A stretch of DNA of 31,018 bases from assembly GCA_040389905.1 (NCBI GenBank), contig JAZJZK010000058.1, positions 1 through 31,018 of the forward strand, read 5' to 3'. A program made the translations under genes and the position numbers. This document shows, piece by piece, positions 7,150 through 16,707 of the stretch (position 1 is the stretch's first letter; each line of letters starts with the position of its first letter). The stretch is from Gemmatimonadota bacterium (lineage in GTDB: Bacteria; Gemmatimonadota; Gemmatimonadetes; Gemmatimonadales; Gemmatimonadaceae). The notes under the pieces were generated by a model. It had not been told where the DNA came from. It ran no database searches and saw only the letters and a list, made by a program, of their open reading frames with translations.

Positions 7150-8526
7150 CTACACGGCGTCGCTCAAGCTTGTGAAGTTGAAGTCGCGCACCTTCATCGG
7201 CGGAACGACGACGGCCTGCCCTGGCCCTCCATCCTCGCTGGCACTCACGCGCACCGGCGTACCGAGCGCTTCGAGGTTGTTGAGCATGAAAATCGGCGAA
7301 TCGTTGAACCGCAAGTTCTTTACCGCTTTGGTGACTTTGCCATTCTCGATAAGAAATGTACCATCGCGCGTCAGTCCCGTGAAGAGAATGGTGCGTTGAT
7401 CGACCGGTCGAAGATACCAGAATCGTGTGACGAGCAGCCCTCGCTGCGTCGACGCGATCATCTCTTCGACCGACGACGAGCCGCCACTCATGCGAAATGA
7501 ACCGCCGTTTGCGGTCGGCGCGACACCCGTCTTCTGCGCCCAGTAGCGATCGTAGAGCAACGTCTTCACGACGCCATTCTCGATGAAGACACTCTTCTGT
7601 GTCGGGAGGCCTTCGCCCGTAAATGGAGTGCCGGCTACGTCCGGGTCGAATGGATCCGACTCGATGGTGACGCGTTCGTCGACGATCTTCGTGCCGATCT
7701 TGTTTCCGCCGCCGGGCTTCGACATGAACGAGCGCCCTTCATCCGCGGCGCGGGCGTTGAACGCGAAGGCGAGAAACTGCACAAGATTCGCGGCGGCCGT
7801 CGGCTCGAAGACGACTGTGTAGCGCCCCGGCTCGATCGCCGACGGGTTCTTGGATGCTCGCGCTTTCTCCGCTGCCCGTGCACCGAGCGATGCGGCGTCG
7901 ATGCGTGACCAGTCGTGGTGCGACGCGCCTGCCCAGCCAGAGCCTGAACCATCCGGCGTGCGAACGGTCGTCGTGAGAGCGGCGCCCGTAGAACGTGCGT
8001 ACGCGAACAACCCATTGGTGTTCGCGACCGCCGTCGAGCCGGCACGCGTGTCGAGGTACCCCGTCGATACCAGTCCGCTCTGTTTCGCGGGCGCCGTGAT
8101 GGCGCGAACCGATTCGGCGCGACCCTGCGGATCGAGCGCCGCCGTTGCCTCGCTCCAATTGCGGCCGGGCTGATACTGCTGTGGCGTGAGCTCGGGCAGA
8201 AACTCCGGGTCAGGCGGTGCCAGCTTCGCGAGCCGTTCCGCCGTTTCGACGGCGTGACGGAGTCCTGCGTCGTCGAGCGCATTGGTGGTGCTGGTTGCCG
8301 ACCGATTTCCAACGTAGGCGGTAACCGTGACGCTCGTATCGTAGTTATCGCCGCCAGTGGACACCTGGTTCACGGCGAAGCGCGTGTTGCCTCGGCTGCC
8401 ACTGCCAATGTTGATTCGCGCCGCCGATGCCGCGGTGACGAAGCCGAGTGCGCGCTTCGCGATCGCTTCACTCTCGTCGCGCGAGAGATACCGCGCGGAC
8501 TCGAAGAGGGAACGAAGCTCGCTCAC
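7150..8526 (-). CDS. TldE/PmbA family protein
   Basis: NTRFAVNQ, EPGRYTVVFEP, IENGVVK and TGLTRDGTFLIENG motifs. GTG start overlaps the tldD stop (GTGA). Confidence 0.9.
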   Translation of the reverse strand: MSELRSLFESARYLSRDESEAIAKRALGFVTAASAARINIGSGSRGNTRFAVNQVSTGGDNYDTSVTVTAYVGNRSATSTTNALDDAGLRHAVETAERLAKLAPPDPEFLPELTPQQYQPGRNWSEATAALDPQGRAESVRAITAPAKQSGLVSTGYLDTRAGSTAVANTNGLFAYARSTGAALTTTVRTPDGSGSGWAGASHHDWSRIDAASLGARAAEKARASKNPSAIEPGRYTVVFEPTAAANLVQFLAFAFNARAADEGRSFMSKPGGGNKIGTKIVDERVTIESDPFDPDVAGTPFTGEGLPTQKSVFIENGVVKTLLYDRYWAQKTGVAPTANGGSFRMSGGSSSVEEMIASTQRGLLVTRFWYLRPVDQRTILFTGLTRDGTFLIENGKVTKAVKNLRFNDSPIFMLNNLEALGTPVRVSASEDGGPGQAVVVPPMKVRDFNFTSLSDAV

Positions 8527-10145
8527 GCTTTCCGCCCGGTGTTGATGACGTTCACGTTGCGGAAGCGACTGGGCACGCATCCATGGCTCACCGCATTCGA
8601 CTGGCTCGGTTGTCCCTTGCCATCGTTGAACGCGCCCCCAAGGAAGTAGCTCTTCTTGCCGCCGATCATGTCGAGCGAGCCCCAGAACTCGGGCGTGCGG
8701 AGCTGATACGCAACGTCCTTCAGCATGCCCACGATCTTGCCGCCCTTGATTTCGTAGGCGAGCTGGCCGCCGAACTGTGCGTTGTAGCGCTGCTGGTCGA
8801 TCGAGAAGCTGCCGTCGCCCATGATGGCGATGCCTTTGTCGGTTGCCGCGACGAGATCCTCGAAGCTCAGATCCTTCTCGCCAGGCTGCAGCGACACATT
8901 CGGCATGCGCTGAAACTGCACGTCGGACCATGACTGGCTGTAGGAGCACCCGTGCGAGCGCGCCGTCCGTCCACTCTTGTTGTAGTAGTCGGACAACCAG
9001 AGCGCCTGCTCGCGCGTCGTCTGGTAGTCGACGAAGATTCCGTTCTTGATGATGTCGAAGGTCTCCGGCTTCACACCCTCGTCGTCCCATCCCACCGCGG
9101 ACAGCGATCCTGGTTGATCGCGATCACCGCGGATGTTCATCAGTGCCGATCCGAACTTGAGCTTGCCGAGGACGGTCTCGGGTGGCGCGCAGAACGACGT
9201 GCCGGCGTAGTTCGCCTCGAAGCCCATCGCGCGATCGAGCTCGGTGGGGTGCGCAACCGATTCGTGGATCGTGAGCCACAGGTGGCTGGGGTGCAGCACG
9301 AGATCGTAGCGTCCGACCTCGACGGGCTTCGCGCTGATCTTTTCGACCGCTTCGGCCGCCCACTTGGGTGCGTTCTCGACGAGTCGCGCATCGCGCACGT
9401 GCTCATAGCCGCGACCCATTGGCGCAATCTCGTTCGAGGCGCGGGTCTGGAAATCGCTGCCGTCGGACGACACGGCCGTCGCGGTGAGTGAGGGCTGTGT
9501 GCGATAGATCGTCTGTACGATGTAGCTGCCGTCCGACGACGCGAAGGTCTTCTCCTCGCGCAAGAAGAACATGCTCGAGTTGACGAAGCGGGCTCCGCCT
9601 TTCATCGCCGCCGCGTTCGCACCCAACAGCAACGCCACCTTGTCCTCGATGGCAACGGTGAAGGGATCGATTTCGATTTGCGTCTTCCACGTGCCATTCG
9701 GCACGGGCGTGACGGGGGCGAGTGTCACGGGTCGTACGAGCGTGACGCTGTTCGCGCGCGCCTGCGCCGCGGCCTGCTTCGCGACGCGCGCCACCTCGTC
9801 GCGAGTGACATCGCGGCTCGCCGCGAATCCCCACGCACCATTCACGAGTGCACGAACACCAAAACCCTGCGTGTCATTGTCGACCAAGCCCTGGACGCGC
9901 TGTTCACGGGTGAAGAGCGCTTGCGTGCGATTGCGAGCGAAGCGGACGTCCGCGTACGTGGCACCGGCCGCGCGTGCTGCATCGAGGGCGACGTGCGCGA
10001 GGTCTTTTGTGTCGGGCTCGGCGTGCCGCGACGAAGCGGCCGACCAGGTTGCCGCGCGGGCAACGTGGGGCACTGCGACGAGTGCAGTGACCGCCGCGGC
10101 GGCCGTTGATGTCGTCTTGACGAACTCTCTGCGGGAAGAACCCAC
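8523..10145 (-). CDS. tldD: TldD family metalloprotease with twin-arginine (Tat) signal peptide
   Basis: SSRREFVK plus hydrophobic stretch and VARA, GFGVRALVNGAWGFAAS, catalytic HESVAH, C-terminal KGQPSQSNAVSHGC. Confidence 0.9.
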   Translation of the reverse strand: MGSSRREFVKTTSTAAAAVTALVAVPHVARAATWSAASSRHAEPDTKDLAHVALDAARAAGATYADVRFARNRTQALFTREQRVQGLVDNDTQGFGVRALVNGAWGFAASRDVTRDEVARVAKQAAAQARANSVTLVRPVTLAPVTPVPNGTWKTQIEIDPFTVAIEDKVALLLGANAAAMKGGARFVNSSMFFLREEKTFASSDGSYIVQTIYRTQPSLTATAVSSDGSDFQTRASNEIAPMGRGYEHVRDARLVENAPKWAAEAVEKISAKPVEVGRYDLVLHPSHLWLTIHESVAHPTELDRAMGFEANYAGTSFCAPPETVLGKLKFGSALMNIRGDRDQPGSLSAVGWDDEGVKPETFDIIKNGIFVDYQTTREQALWLSDYYNKSGRTARSHGCSYSQSWSDVQFQRMPNVSLQPGEKDLSFEDLVAATDKGIAIMGDGSFSIDQQRYNAQFGGQLAYEIKGGKIVGMLKDVAYQLRTPEFWGSLDMIGGKKSYFLGGAFNDGKGQPSQSNAVSHGCVPSRFRNVNVINTGRKA

Positions 10146-10390
10146 GCAATACCCTGAGCACTCGTGACTGCGATGCGCCGATCGGACGACGACGCAATAC
10201 TACGCACAATACTAATGTGCAACTTGCGCGAATATAGGAACGAGTGAAAACGCACGCAATAGTGAAAGAAGCGATCTCGACGCATCGTGATCTGGCGCAC
10301 GTTTCGTACGCACCAAAAGTCGCGCGCACTTCCCACACTGGTGGTGAGTGGCGAGTTTTCTCCTCGAACTCATTGAACGAGAGAGGCATC

Positions 10391-11419
10391 GTGAGAGCGT
10401 TGGTGAAGATGACCGCTGCGGCTGGATTCGAGCTGCGTGACGTCGCGCAGCCGTCGATTCGCGATGATGAAGTGCTCATCAAGGTGCGACGCGCAGGCGT
10501 GTGCGGAACCGACGTGCATCTCTATGACTGGGATGCCTGGGCACAGGGCCGCTGCCGTCCGCCATTCACCGTTGGTCACGAGTTCGCCGGCGACGTCGTG
10601 CAGGTCGGCTCGCTCGTCTCCGATGTCCGCGAGGGCGATCGCGTCACCGCGGAAGGACATATCGTGTGCGGCCGCTGTCACCTCTGCCGCACCGGCAACG
10701 CGCATGTCTGCCCCAACACGAAGATCATCGGCGTCGATCGCGACGGGTGCTTCGCGGACTTCATCGCGATGCCGTCGTCCAACGTGTGGCATCTCGACGA
10801 TTCCGTTCCGTACGAAATCGGTGGCATTCACGATCCCATGGGCAACGCGTTTCACACCGCGCTCGTCGGCACGGAGATGTCTGGCAAGACGGTACTGGTG
10901 ACGGGGTGCGGGCCGATCGGGATTTTTGCCGTCGGCATCTGCAAGGCGGCGGGTGCGTCGCGCATCATCGCGAGCGACGTGAACGCCACTCGATTGGCGC
11001 TCGCCTCGACGATGGGCGCCCACGATGCGGTCACGCCGCAGCAGGCGGAGGACGCGGTGCGCGCCGCTACGAAGGGACTCGGTGTCGACGTGGTCCTCGA
11101 GATGTCGGGAGTACCTGCAGCCATCCATCAAGCGTTCGCGCTCGTGCGCGTTGGCGGCCGCGTGCAGATGCTCGGCATTCCGGCGCGACCAATGGATGTC
11201 GACTTCGCCACGGAGATCATTTTCAAGGGAATCACGGTGTACGGCGTCGTCGGGCGCCGCATGTACGACACGTGGATCCAGATGACACAGTTCCTTCGTT
11301 CGGGGCAGTTCGATCCCACGCCGGTGATCACGCATCGCTTTCCACTCGAGCAGTTCGACGATGCGATCGCGGCGATCAAGGGTGGGTCGGCCGGCAAAGT
11401 TGTCTTTGAGGTTTCGTGA
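10391..11419 (+). CDS. tdh: L-threonine 3-dehydrogenase
   Basis: GVCGTDVH, GHEFAG, CGRCHLCRTGNAHVC and GCGPIG motifs. GAGAGG SD before GTG 10391, adjacent to kbl. Confidence 0.95.
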   Translation: MRALVKMTAAAGFELRDVAQPSIRDDEVLIKVRRAGVCGTDVHLYDWDAWAQGRCRPPFTVGHEFAGDVVQVGSLVSDVREGDRVTAEGHIVCGRCHLCRTGNAHVCPNTKIIGVDRDGCFADFIAMPSSNVWHLDDSVPYEIGGIHDPMGNAFHTALVGTEMSGKTVLVTGCGPIGIFAVGICKAAGASRIIASDVNATRLALASTMGAHDAVTPQQAEDAVRAATKGLGVDVVLEMSGVPAAIHQAFALVRVGGRVQMLGIPARPMDVDFATEIIFKGITVYGVVGRRMYDTWIQMTQFLRSGQFDPTPVITHRFPLEQFDDAIAAIKGGSAGKVVFEVS

Positions 11420-11430
11420 TCCCTTCCTCG

Positions 11431-11513
11431 GCAACTGCTCGAACGCGGATTGGGCGGATGGAGCGGATCAGATCTGATCTGCCGAATCCGCCCAATCCGC
11501 GTTCTTCAGTTGC
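11431..11513. repeat. Palindromic intergenic repeat, family B (GCGGAT at 9-nt period)
   Basis: Perfect 19-bp inverted repeat GAACGCGGATTGGGCGGAT (11441-11459) / 11486-11504, plus outer GCAACTG/CAGTTGC. Confidence 0.8.
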
Positions 11514-11530
11514 GGTTTTCACAAATACTC

Positions 11531-12736
11531 ATGTCCATCAACTCTGATTTCGAAGCCGGACTTAAGCAGCGACTGCAGCAACTGCGCGACGATCGCGTCT
11601 ACAAGCGACTCAACTATCTCGACTCGCCGCAGGCGGCGCGCGTGCAGATGGAGGGGCGCGGTGAAGTTCTGATTCTCTCATCGAACAACTACCTGGGCCT
11701 CTCCGCCGAGCCCTCGGTCATCGACGCGGGCATTGAAGGGCTGCGAAAGTACGGCGCCGGCACAGGAAGCGTTCGATTCATCTGTGGAACCTTCACGATC
11801 CATCGCGAGGTCGAGGCCGCGCTGGCGCGGTTCGTCGGTACCGAGGCATCCATGTCCTTCGTCTCCGCGTGGAACGCGAACGAGGGGTTGACCGCGACGG
11901 TACTCGAGGACGGCGACTTCGTATGCTCCGACGCGCTGAATCATGCATCGATCATCGACTCCATTCGACTCGCCAAGGCGATCACGAAGTGCCAGACCGC
12001 GGTCTACAAGCATGCGGACATGGACGATCTTCGATCGAAGCTCGAGGGAGCCAAGGGTGCGAAGCGCCGCATGGTGTGGAGTGATGGCATCTTCTCGATG
12101 GAGGGATCGATCGCACCGCTTCCCGACCTCGTGCAGATCTGTCGGGACCATGACGCCATCCTCGTCATCGATGATTCACACGCGACGGGTGTGCTGGGCC
12201 AAACGGGACGTGGAGTCGCCGAGCACTACGGAATGCTCGGGGAGATCGACATCATCACCTCGACACTTGGCAAGGCATTGGGTGGCGCCGCCGGCGGCTT
12301 CGTTGCCGGCTCGGCGGCGTTGTGCGATTACCTCACCCAGCGCTCACGCCCGCAGTTGTTCTCCAACGCGTTGCCGCCGACTGTGGCCGCGAGCGCATTG
12401 GCGGCGGTCGAGTTCATCGAGGCACATCCGGAGCGTGTCCAGCAGTTGCGTGACAACGCCGCGTATTTCCGCGGGCAGATCATCGAGGCGGGATTCAAGC
12501 CGCTGGCCGGCGAGACCCCAATCATTCCGATCATCGTCGGCGAGACGGCAGCCGCTATCCAGATGAGCGACATGCTACTGGACGAAGGCGTGTTCGCGAC
12601 GGGGTTTGGATTCCCCGTGGTACCGAAGGGCGAAGCGAGGGTGCGTTGTCAGGTATCGGCGGCACATTCGCGCTCGGACCTCGACGAGGTGGTGGCAGCG
12701 TTCGTCCGCGTCGGGCGCAAGCTGCAGCTGATCTAG
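11531..12736 (+). CDS. kbl: Glycine C-acetyltransferase (2-amino-3-ketobutyrate CoA ligase)
   Basis: SNNYLGL, SVRFICGT, DALNHASIID, DDSHATG and TLGKALGG (PLP Lys) motifs. Downstream of tdh. Confidence 0.93.
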   Translation: MSINSDFEAGLKQRLQQLRDDRVYKRLNYLDSPQAARVQMEGRGEVLILSSNNYLGLSAEPSVIDAGIEGLRKYGAGTGSVRFICGTFTIHREVEAALARFVGTEASMSFVSAWNANEGLTATVLEDGDFVCSDALNHASIIDSIRLAKAITKCQTAVYKHADMDDLRSKLEGAKGAKRRMVWSDGIFSMEGSIAPLPDLVQICRDHDAILVIDDSHATGVLGQTGRGVAEHYGMLGEIDIITSTLGKALGGAAGGFVAGSAALCDYLTQRSRPQLFSNALPPTVAASALAAVEFIEAHPERVQQLRDNAAYFRGQIIEAGFKPLAGETPIIPIIVGETAAAIQMSDMLLDEGVFATGFGFPVVPKGEARVRCQVSAAHSRSDLDEVVAAFVRVGRKLQLI

Positions 12737-12876
12737 CAGACCGATGGCGAACGGATAGCGGACAGCGGCGTGCGCTTCTATAGTAGTTAGTGACCCAGCG
12801 GGCGGCGTCTTCGTCCGAAGCATGAGCCCGAGCGCCGGCGGTCGGGCCCCGCTCTCTTCTCTCGAGGTTTGTGTTT

Positions 12877-13548
12877 ATGCGACTCCTCCGCGTCCTGACT
12901 GTGGCTGTTGGTCTCGCCACCCTGTTGTCCCAGCCCAGCGCTGCGCAGGGTGACAGGCTCTTCAAGGACTCGTGGTTCTGGGGCATCAAGGGTGGCGGCT
13001 TGCTCTATTCGTCGGAGGTCGCGACGAATGCGAGCGCGCCGGTGATCGGCGGCGAATGGTTGATCACGCGGTCCACCGGCGGCCTCTACCTGAGCTTCGA
13101 CCAGGCATTCTTCACGACGCAGGGCGGGTACCTCGATCGCGACCCGGACAGCACGCGTGCGTTCATTAGAAAAGTCGACCTGGAGAACCTGCGTCGATTC
13201 ACCATTGCCGGGATGGTCTTCCCCGCGCAGTCTCGCACGCTGCACCCCTACGTCGGATTCGGACTCACACTGAATCAGATCGCGAGCGCGGCGCTGGCGG
13301 GCCCGATCGCGACCTCGCGCTTCGGCATTGCGCAAGACAGCATTCAGGCTCGCAAGGCGGCCTTCTCACCGATTCTGATGGGCGGAGCGCAGTATCGTCT
13401 CCCACGCGCGTCGGTCTTTGCGCAGGTGTCGGCGTCACCGTCGCAGCGCTCATTCTTTCTATCGAGCAGCGGCTCCACGTCGGTGAACCTGTCCCTGGAA
13501 GTCGGCGCGCGATACAACGTGGGGAGTGCGATCGACCGCCAGCGATAA
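12877..13548 (+). CDS. Secreted protein, probable small outer-membrane beta-barrel
   Basis: Signal peptide MRLLRVLTVAVGLATLLSQPSAA, amphipathic beta strands (PYVGFGLTL, GGAQYRL, LEVGARYN), GAGG SD. Confidence 0.75.
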   Translation: MRLLRVLTVAVGLATLLSQPSAAQGDRLFKDSWFWGIKGGGLLYSSEVATNASAPVIGGEWLITRSTGGLYLSFDQAFFTTQGGYLDRDPDSTRAFIRKVDLENLRRFTIAGMVFPAQSRTLHPYVGFGLTLNQIASAALAGPIATSRFGIAQDSIQARKAAFSPILMGGAQYRLPRASVFAQVSASPSQRSFFLSSSGSTSVNLSLEVGARYNVGSAIDRQR

Positions 13549-13565
13549 GAATGGAACAGCAATTA

Positions 13566-13638
13566 ACCACGGAGGACACGGAGGACTGCGTGAGTGCGGT
13601 CCTCCGTTTTTCTCTGTGTCCTCTGTGTCCTCTGTGGT
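13566..13638. repeat. Palindromic intergenic repeat, family C (CACRGAGGA at 9-nt period)
   Basis: ACCACGGAGGACACGGAGGAC ... CTCTGTGTCCTCTGTGTCCTCTGTGGT between convergent genes. Confidence 0.8.
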
Positions 13639-13652
13639 AAAAAGCAGCTCAG

Positions 13653-14345
13653 TTACTTGTCGTCATTGGCTCGCGACCAGGGGCGACGCGGAAAATGCCT
13701 CGGCGTCGCGGAGACGAACGGATCTTCCTTCACAAAGAATCGCAGCGGCCACTCGGCGGCTTTGCTGATTCCGATCCGCGGCGTTACGACGACCTGTGCG
13801 TCGTCGATCGACTCGCCGGCGCGAATGATCACCGGGCCTGTCCGCAGCGACGTCCCGCTCATGGTCCCGTCGATGCCCATCGCGAGGCATAGCTTTCCGG
13901 GCCCGTTGGTCAGGTCACGATCGGTCCGAACGCGCGGGCGACGCCGCCGCATCAACTCCACACCCTGGATCGGCGCGACCGCGCGAACGAGTACGGCACT
14001 TCCATGGCCCGCCTCGCGCGTAACTGCGTTGACGCACCAGTACATGCCGTAGATGAGGTAGACGTATGCCGCTCCGGGTGGCCCGAACAAGTGCGCCGTT
14101 CGGCGCGTGAGCCCCGCAGCCGCGTGGCATGCAGGGTCCTCGGGCCCGGTATACGCCTCCGTCTCGACGATCCGCGCGCGCGTCATACCGTCTGGCGTCG
14201 TACACTCGAGCACCGCGCCAAGTAGTTCGCGCGCGACGATCTCCGTTGGACGGTCATAGAAGCACTTCGGGAGTGGCGCGCGCAAACGAGAACGCCGCGC
14301 AGTGTGCGCGGCGTCTCGTGTGCCTCGTTCGATTCCGCCGCTCAT
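13653..14345 (-). CDS. mpg: DNA-3-methyladenine glycosylase (MPG/AAG family)
   Basis: IVETEAY, DPACHA, YVYLIYGMY, NGPGKLC and PRIGI motifs. ATGA overlap with the upstream NYN gene. Confidence 0.93.
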   Translation of the reverse strand: MSGGIERGTRDAAHTARRSRLRAPLPKCFYDRPTEIVARELLGAVLECTTPDGMTRARIVETEAYTGPEDPACHAAAGLTRRTAHLFGPPGAAYVYLIYGMYWCVNAVTREAGHGSAVLVRAVAPIQGVELMRRRRPRVRTDRDLTNGPGKLCLAMGIDGTMSGTSLRTGPVIIRAGESIDDAQVVVTPRIGISKAAEWPLRFFVKEDPFVSATPRHFPRRPWSRANDDK

Positions 14346-16396
14346 TTCTTCGCGGTTGCCTTCTTCGCAACAGGCGGCTTTTTCGTCGCGGGCGCGGGTG
14401 GAGTCTTTGCCTTGGACTTCACCGGCGCGTGCTTTTCGGGAGCAGCTTTCGCGACGGCCACCTTGGCGGGCGCCGCTTTCTTCGCGGCGGCCTTCTTGGC
14501 GGCGACTTTCGACACCGGCGTCTTGACGGCCGTTGTCTTGGTCACGGCTTCCTTGGCGACGGCCCCCTTGATCGCCGGTTCCTTCGCGGGCGCGGCTGGC
14601 TGGACCGGCGCCGCTGCGGGTGCTTCGGCGACGGATGCGACCGGTGCCGAGGACGGAGCTGCGGGAGCAGGAGGTGCGACTGGCGGCGCCGCAACCGCTG
14701 GCGTCGTAACGGCGGGCGCCGCCACACTCGCGCTCGAGGATGGCCCCACCACCCCAATGCTCAGCAGATCTGCTGGAGGCGCAGCCGGACGTCCGGAACG
14801 ACCTCTCGGCCCACTGACACCACGCGGACCCATTCCACGCTGCACTGGCGGCGCCGCAACCGGTGCCGGCGCGTTCGTGATCGCCGTTTTCGCGAGCTGA
14901 TCGGCGACCGACTCCGCTTCCGCCACGCGGGCGATCTCGAAGTCGTCGCCGCGACGACGAAGGTCGATGACGTCGTTGTCATGCGCATCCTTGAGAATGC
15001 GCGGAAAGTTCCGATCGCTCAGGCTCTCGCTATCGCGACCGAGGAGTTCGCGCGCCTTGGCTCGCACGACACTCGCGCGAACGGCGGCGTCACCCGACAC
15101 GAGGTCCTTCACCGTGCGCCGAAGCAGGTCGAACGCCTCATCCCGGGTCAGACGCTCACCCGTGAGGCCGATCGGATCGGCGGCGACGGGTACTGGTTCT
15201 GTGCGCTCGGGCCGCGGCGTCCGATCGGGGCGCGGGCCGCGATCTGAACGCGGTGCCGGCGGCGGAGCCGAGACGGATGCGTTGATCGGCGGAGCCGCCG
15301 GCGCGAGCGTGGAAACCGGTGCGAGCGTCGCGACAGGCGTGGGCACCGCTGTGGTGCTCGCGACGGCCTGCTCTTCACCATCGAGACCAGCCTCGGTGGG
15401 CTTGTCGCTGCGCGGGCGATCATCCCGATCGCGTCCACGGCCGCGGCGACCGCGGCGTCCGCGGCTGGGACCCTTCTTCTCTTCCCCGGCAATCGCGGGC
15501 ACCTCTGTGCGCGCTGCCTCATCGGCTGCCGCATTCTCCGCGTCACGCGCGTCGCCCTTGGCGCCGCTCGGTAGACCGATTTCGAGTTGGCCATTCTCGA
15601 GCTTCGTGGCGGACAGCAAGCCGCGCTGCACCGCATCCTGGACGAAGCGGGAGAACTTGGCCATGCCGAGATCCTTCTCATCGAACGAACTGTCGATTTC
15701 CTGCATGACCTGCTTGAGGCGGTCGGACCGCATGACGTCGCCGTTGCGCTTCATGCGGTTGACCGACTCGGTAACGAGCTCCCACGGGTCCCACTTCTTC
15801 GCGGGCTCGTCCTCGTTGTTCTTCACCAGGCCGGCGAGTGCATTGTAGCTGTAGTACTCGTCGCAGTTCATCACGAGCAGATCGCTCGACGACTCGCGAA
15901 TACCGACGCCGATGACGTACTTGCCGTATTCCTTGAGCTTCATGACGAGCGACGCGAAATCGCTGTCGCCGGACAACAGGATGTACGTGCCGATCTCGGG
16001 ACGCGTGAAGACGAGTTCCATGGCATCGACCGCGAGGCGGATGTCGGTGGCATTCTTCTTCGACGACCCGTAGGCCGGCGCCATGATCATGTCGATCGAC
16101 GATTCGGCCAACGGGACGATGTACTGTGGGTAGCGGCGCCAGTCGGCGTAGGCGCGCTGCACCGCGACCTTGCCCTTGATGATATCGGAGCCGAGCAGGG
16201 TGCGAAGCTCTTTCCCGAGGTCGGAGCGGATACCCATCGTGACATTGTCGAAGTCGATGAGCAGCGCTGCGTTCGGGGCGTGCATTGGTGGTGCGTAGCT
16301 GGGCCCCGACATGTGAGGTGCGGTGGCCTGCGGGCCGCGGTGGATGAGCGCTGCGCCGGTGCGCGACGACACATTCCGCGAATTGCGTGGGTTCAT
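14342..16396 (-). CDS. NYN (LabA/DUF88) domain protein with OST-HTH/LOTUS-like domains and low-complexity P/A/K tail
   Basis: LLIDFDN, KNATDIRLAVDA and LLSGDSDF motifs, plus LKQVMQEIDSSFDEKDLGMAKFSRFV (LOTUS-like). Start placed at ATG 16396; uncertain. Confidence 0.88.
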   Translation of the reverse strand: MNPRNSRNVSSRTGAALIHRGPQATAPHMSGPSYAPPMHAPNAALLIDFDNVTMGIRSDLGKELRTLLGSDIIKGKVAVQRAYADWRRYPQYIVPLAESSIDMIMAPAYGSSKKNATDIRLAVDAMELVFTRPEIGTYILLSGDSDFASLVMKLKEYGKYVIGVGIRESSSDLLVMNCDEYYSYNALAGLVKNNEDEPAKKWDPWELVTESVNRMKRNGDVMRSDRLKQVMQEIDSSFDEKDLGMAKFSRFVQDAVQRGLLSATKLENGQLEIGLPSGAKGDARDAENAAADEAARTEVPAIAGEEKKGPSRGRRGRRGRGRDRDDRPRSDKPTEAGLDGEEQAVASTTAVPTPVATLAPVSTLAPAAPPINASVSAPPPAPRSDRGPRPDRTPRPERTEPVPVAADPIGLTGERLTRDEAFDLLRRTVKDLVSGDAAVRASVVRAKARELLGRDSESLSDRNFPRILKDAHDNDVIDLRRRGDDFEIARVAEAESVADQLAKTAITNAPAPVAAPPVQRGMGPRGVSGPRGRSGRPAAPPADLLSIGVVGPSSSASVAAPAVTTPAVAAPPVAPPAPAAPSSAPVASVAEAPAAAPVQPAAPAKEPAIKGAVAKEAVTKTTAVKTPVSKVAAKKAAAKKAAPAKVAVAKAAPEKHAPVKSKAKTPPAPATKKPPVAKKATAKK

Positions 16397-16707
16397 TCGA
16401 TCTCTTGCGTCATTCGACGCATGGCGTGTGAGCGGACGTGCCTGTGTAGAGTCGGCAGCGCCCGTGCTCGCATCGCAGCGGAACCAGGCGTGCCGTCTTT
16501 GGCCGCCGGTCCAAGCGTGGAGCGATTGTTCGCGGTGCGGCGGTACACCGGCTCGCCCCACTGCACGGACGTGCAGTCAAACCAGGGCGGCACCGATCAC
16601 CTCGTCACCGAAATTGATTGGTCACCCCTGTCGCCGCGGGCTCGCGAGCTCGCGCCAACCTGAATGGCCGTATGTAATGTACGGTGCTGTTGCCGGGAAA
16701 GACAGCG

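Noticed and set aside
8527..9090. N-terminal extension of TldE in the ORF track
   Set aside because: It overlaps tldD in another frame. The GTG at 8526 overlapping the tldD stop is the credible start.
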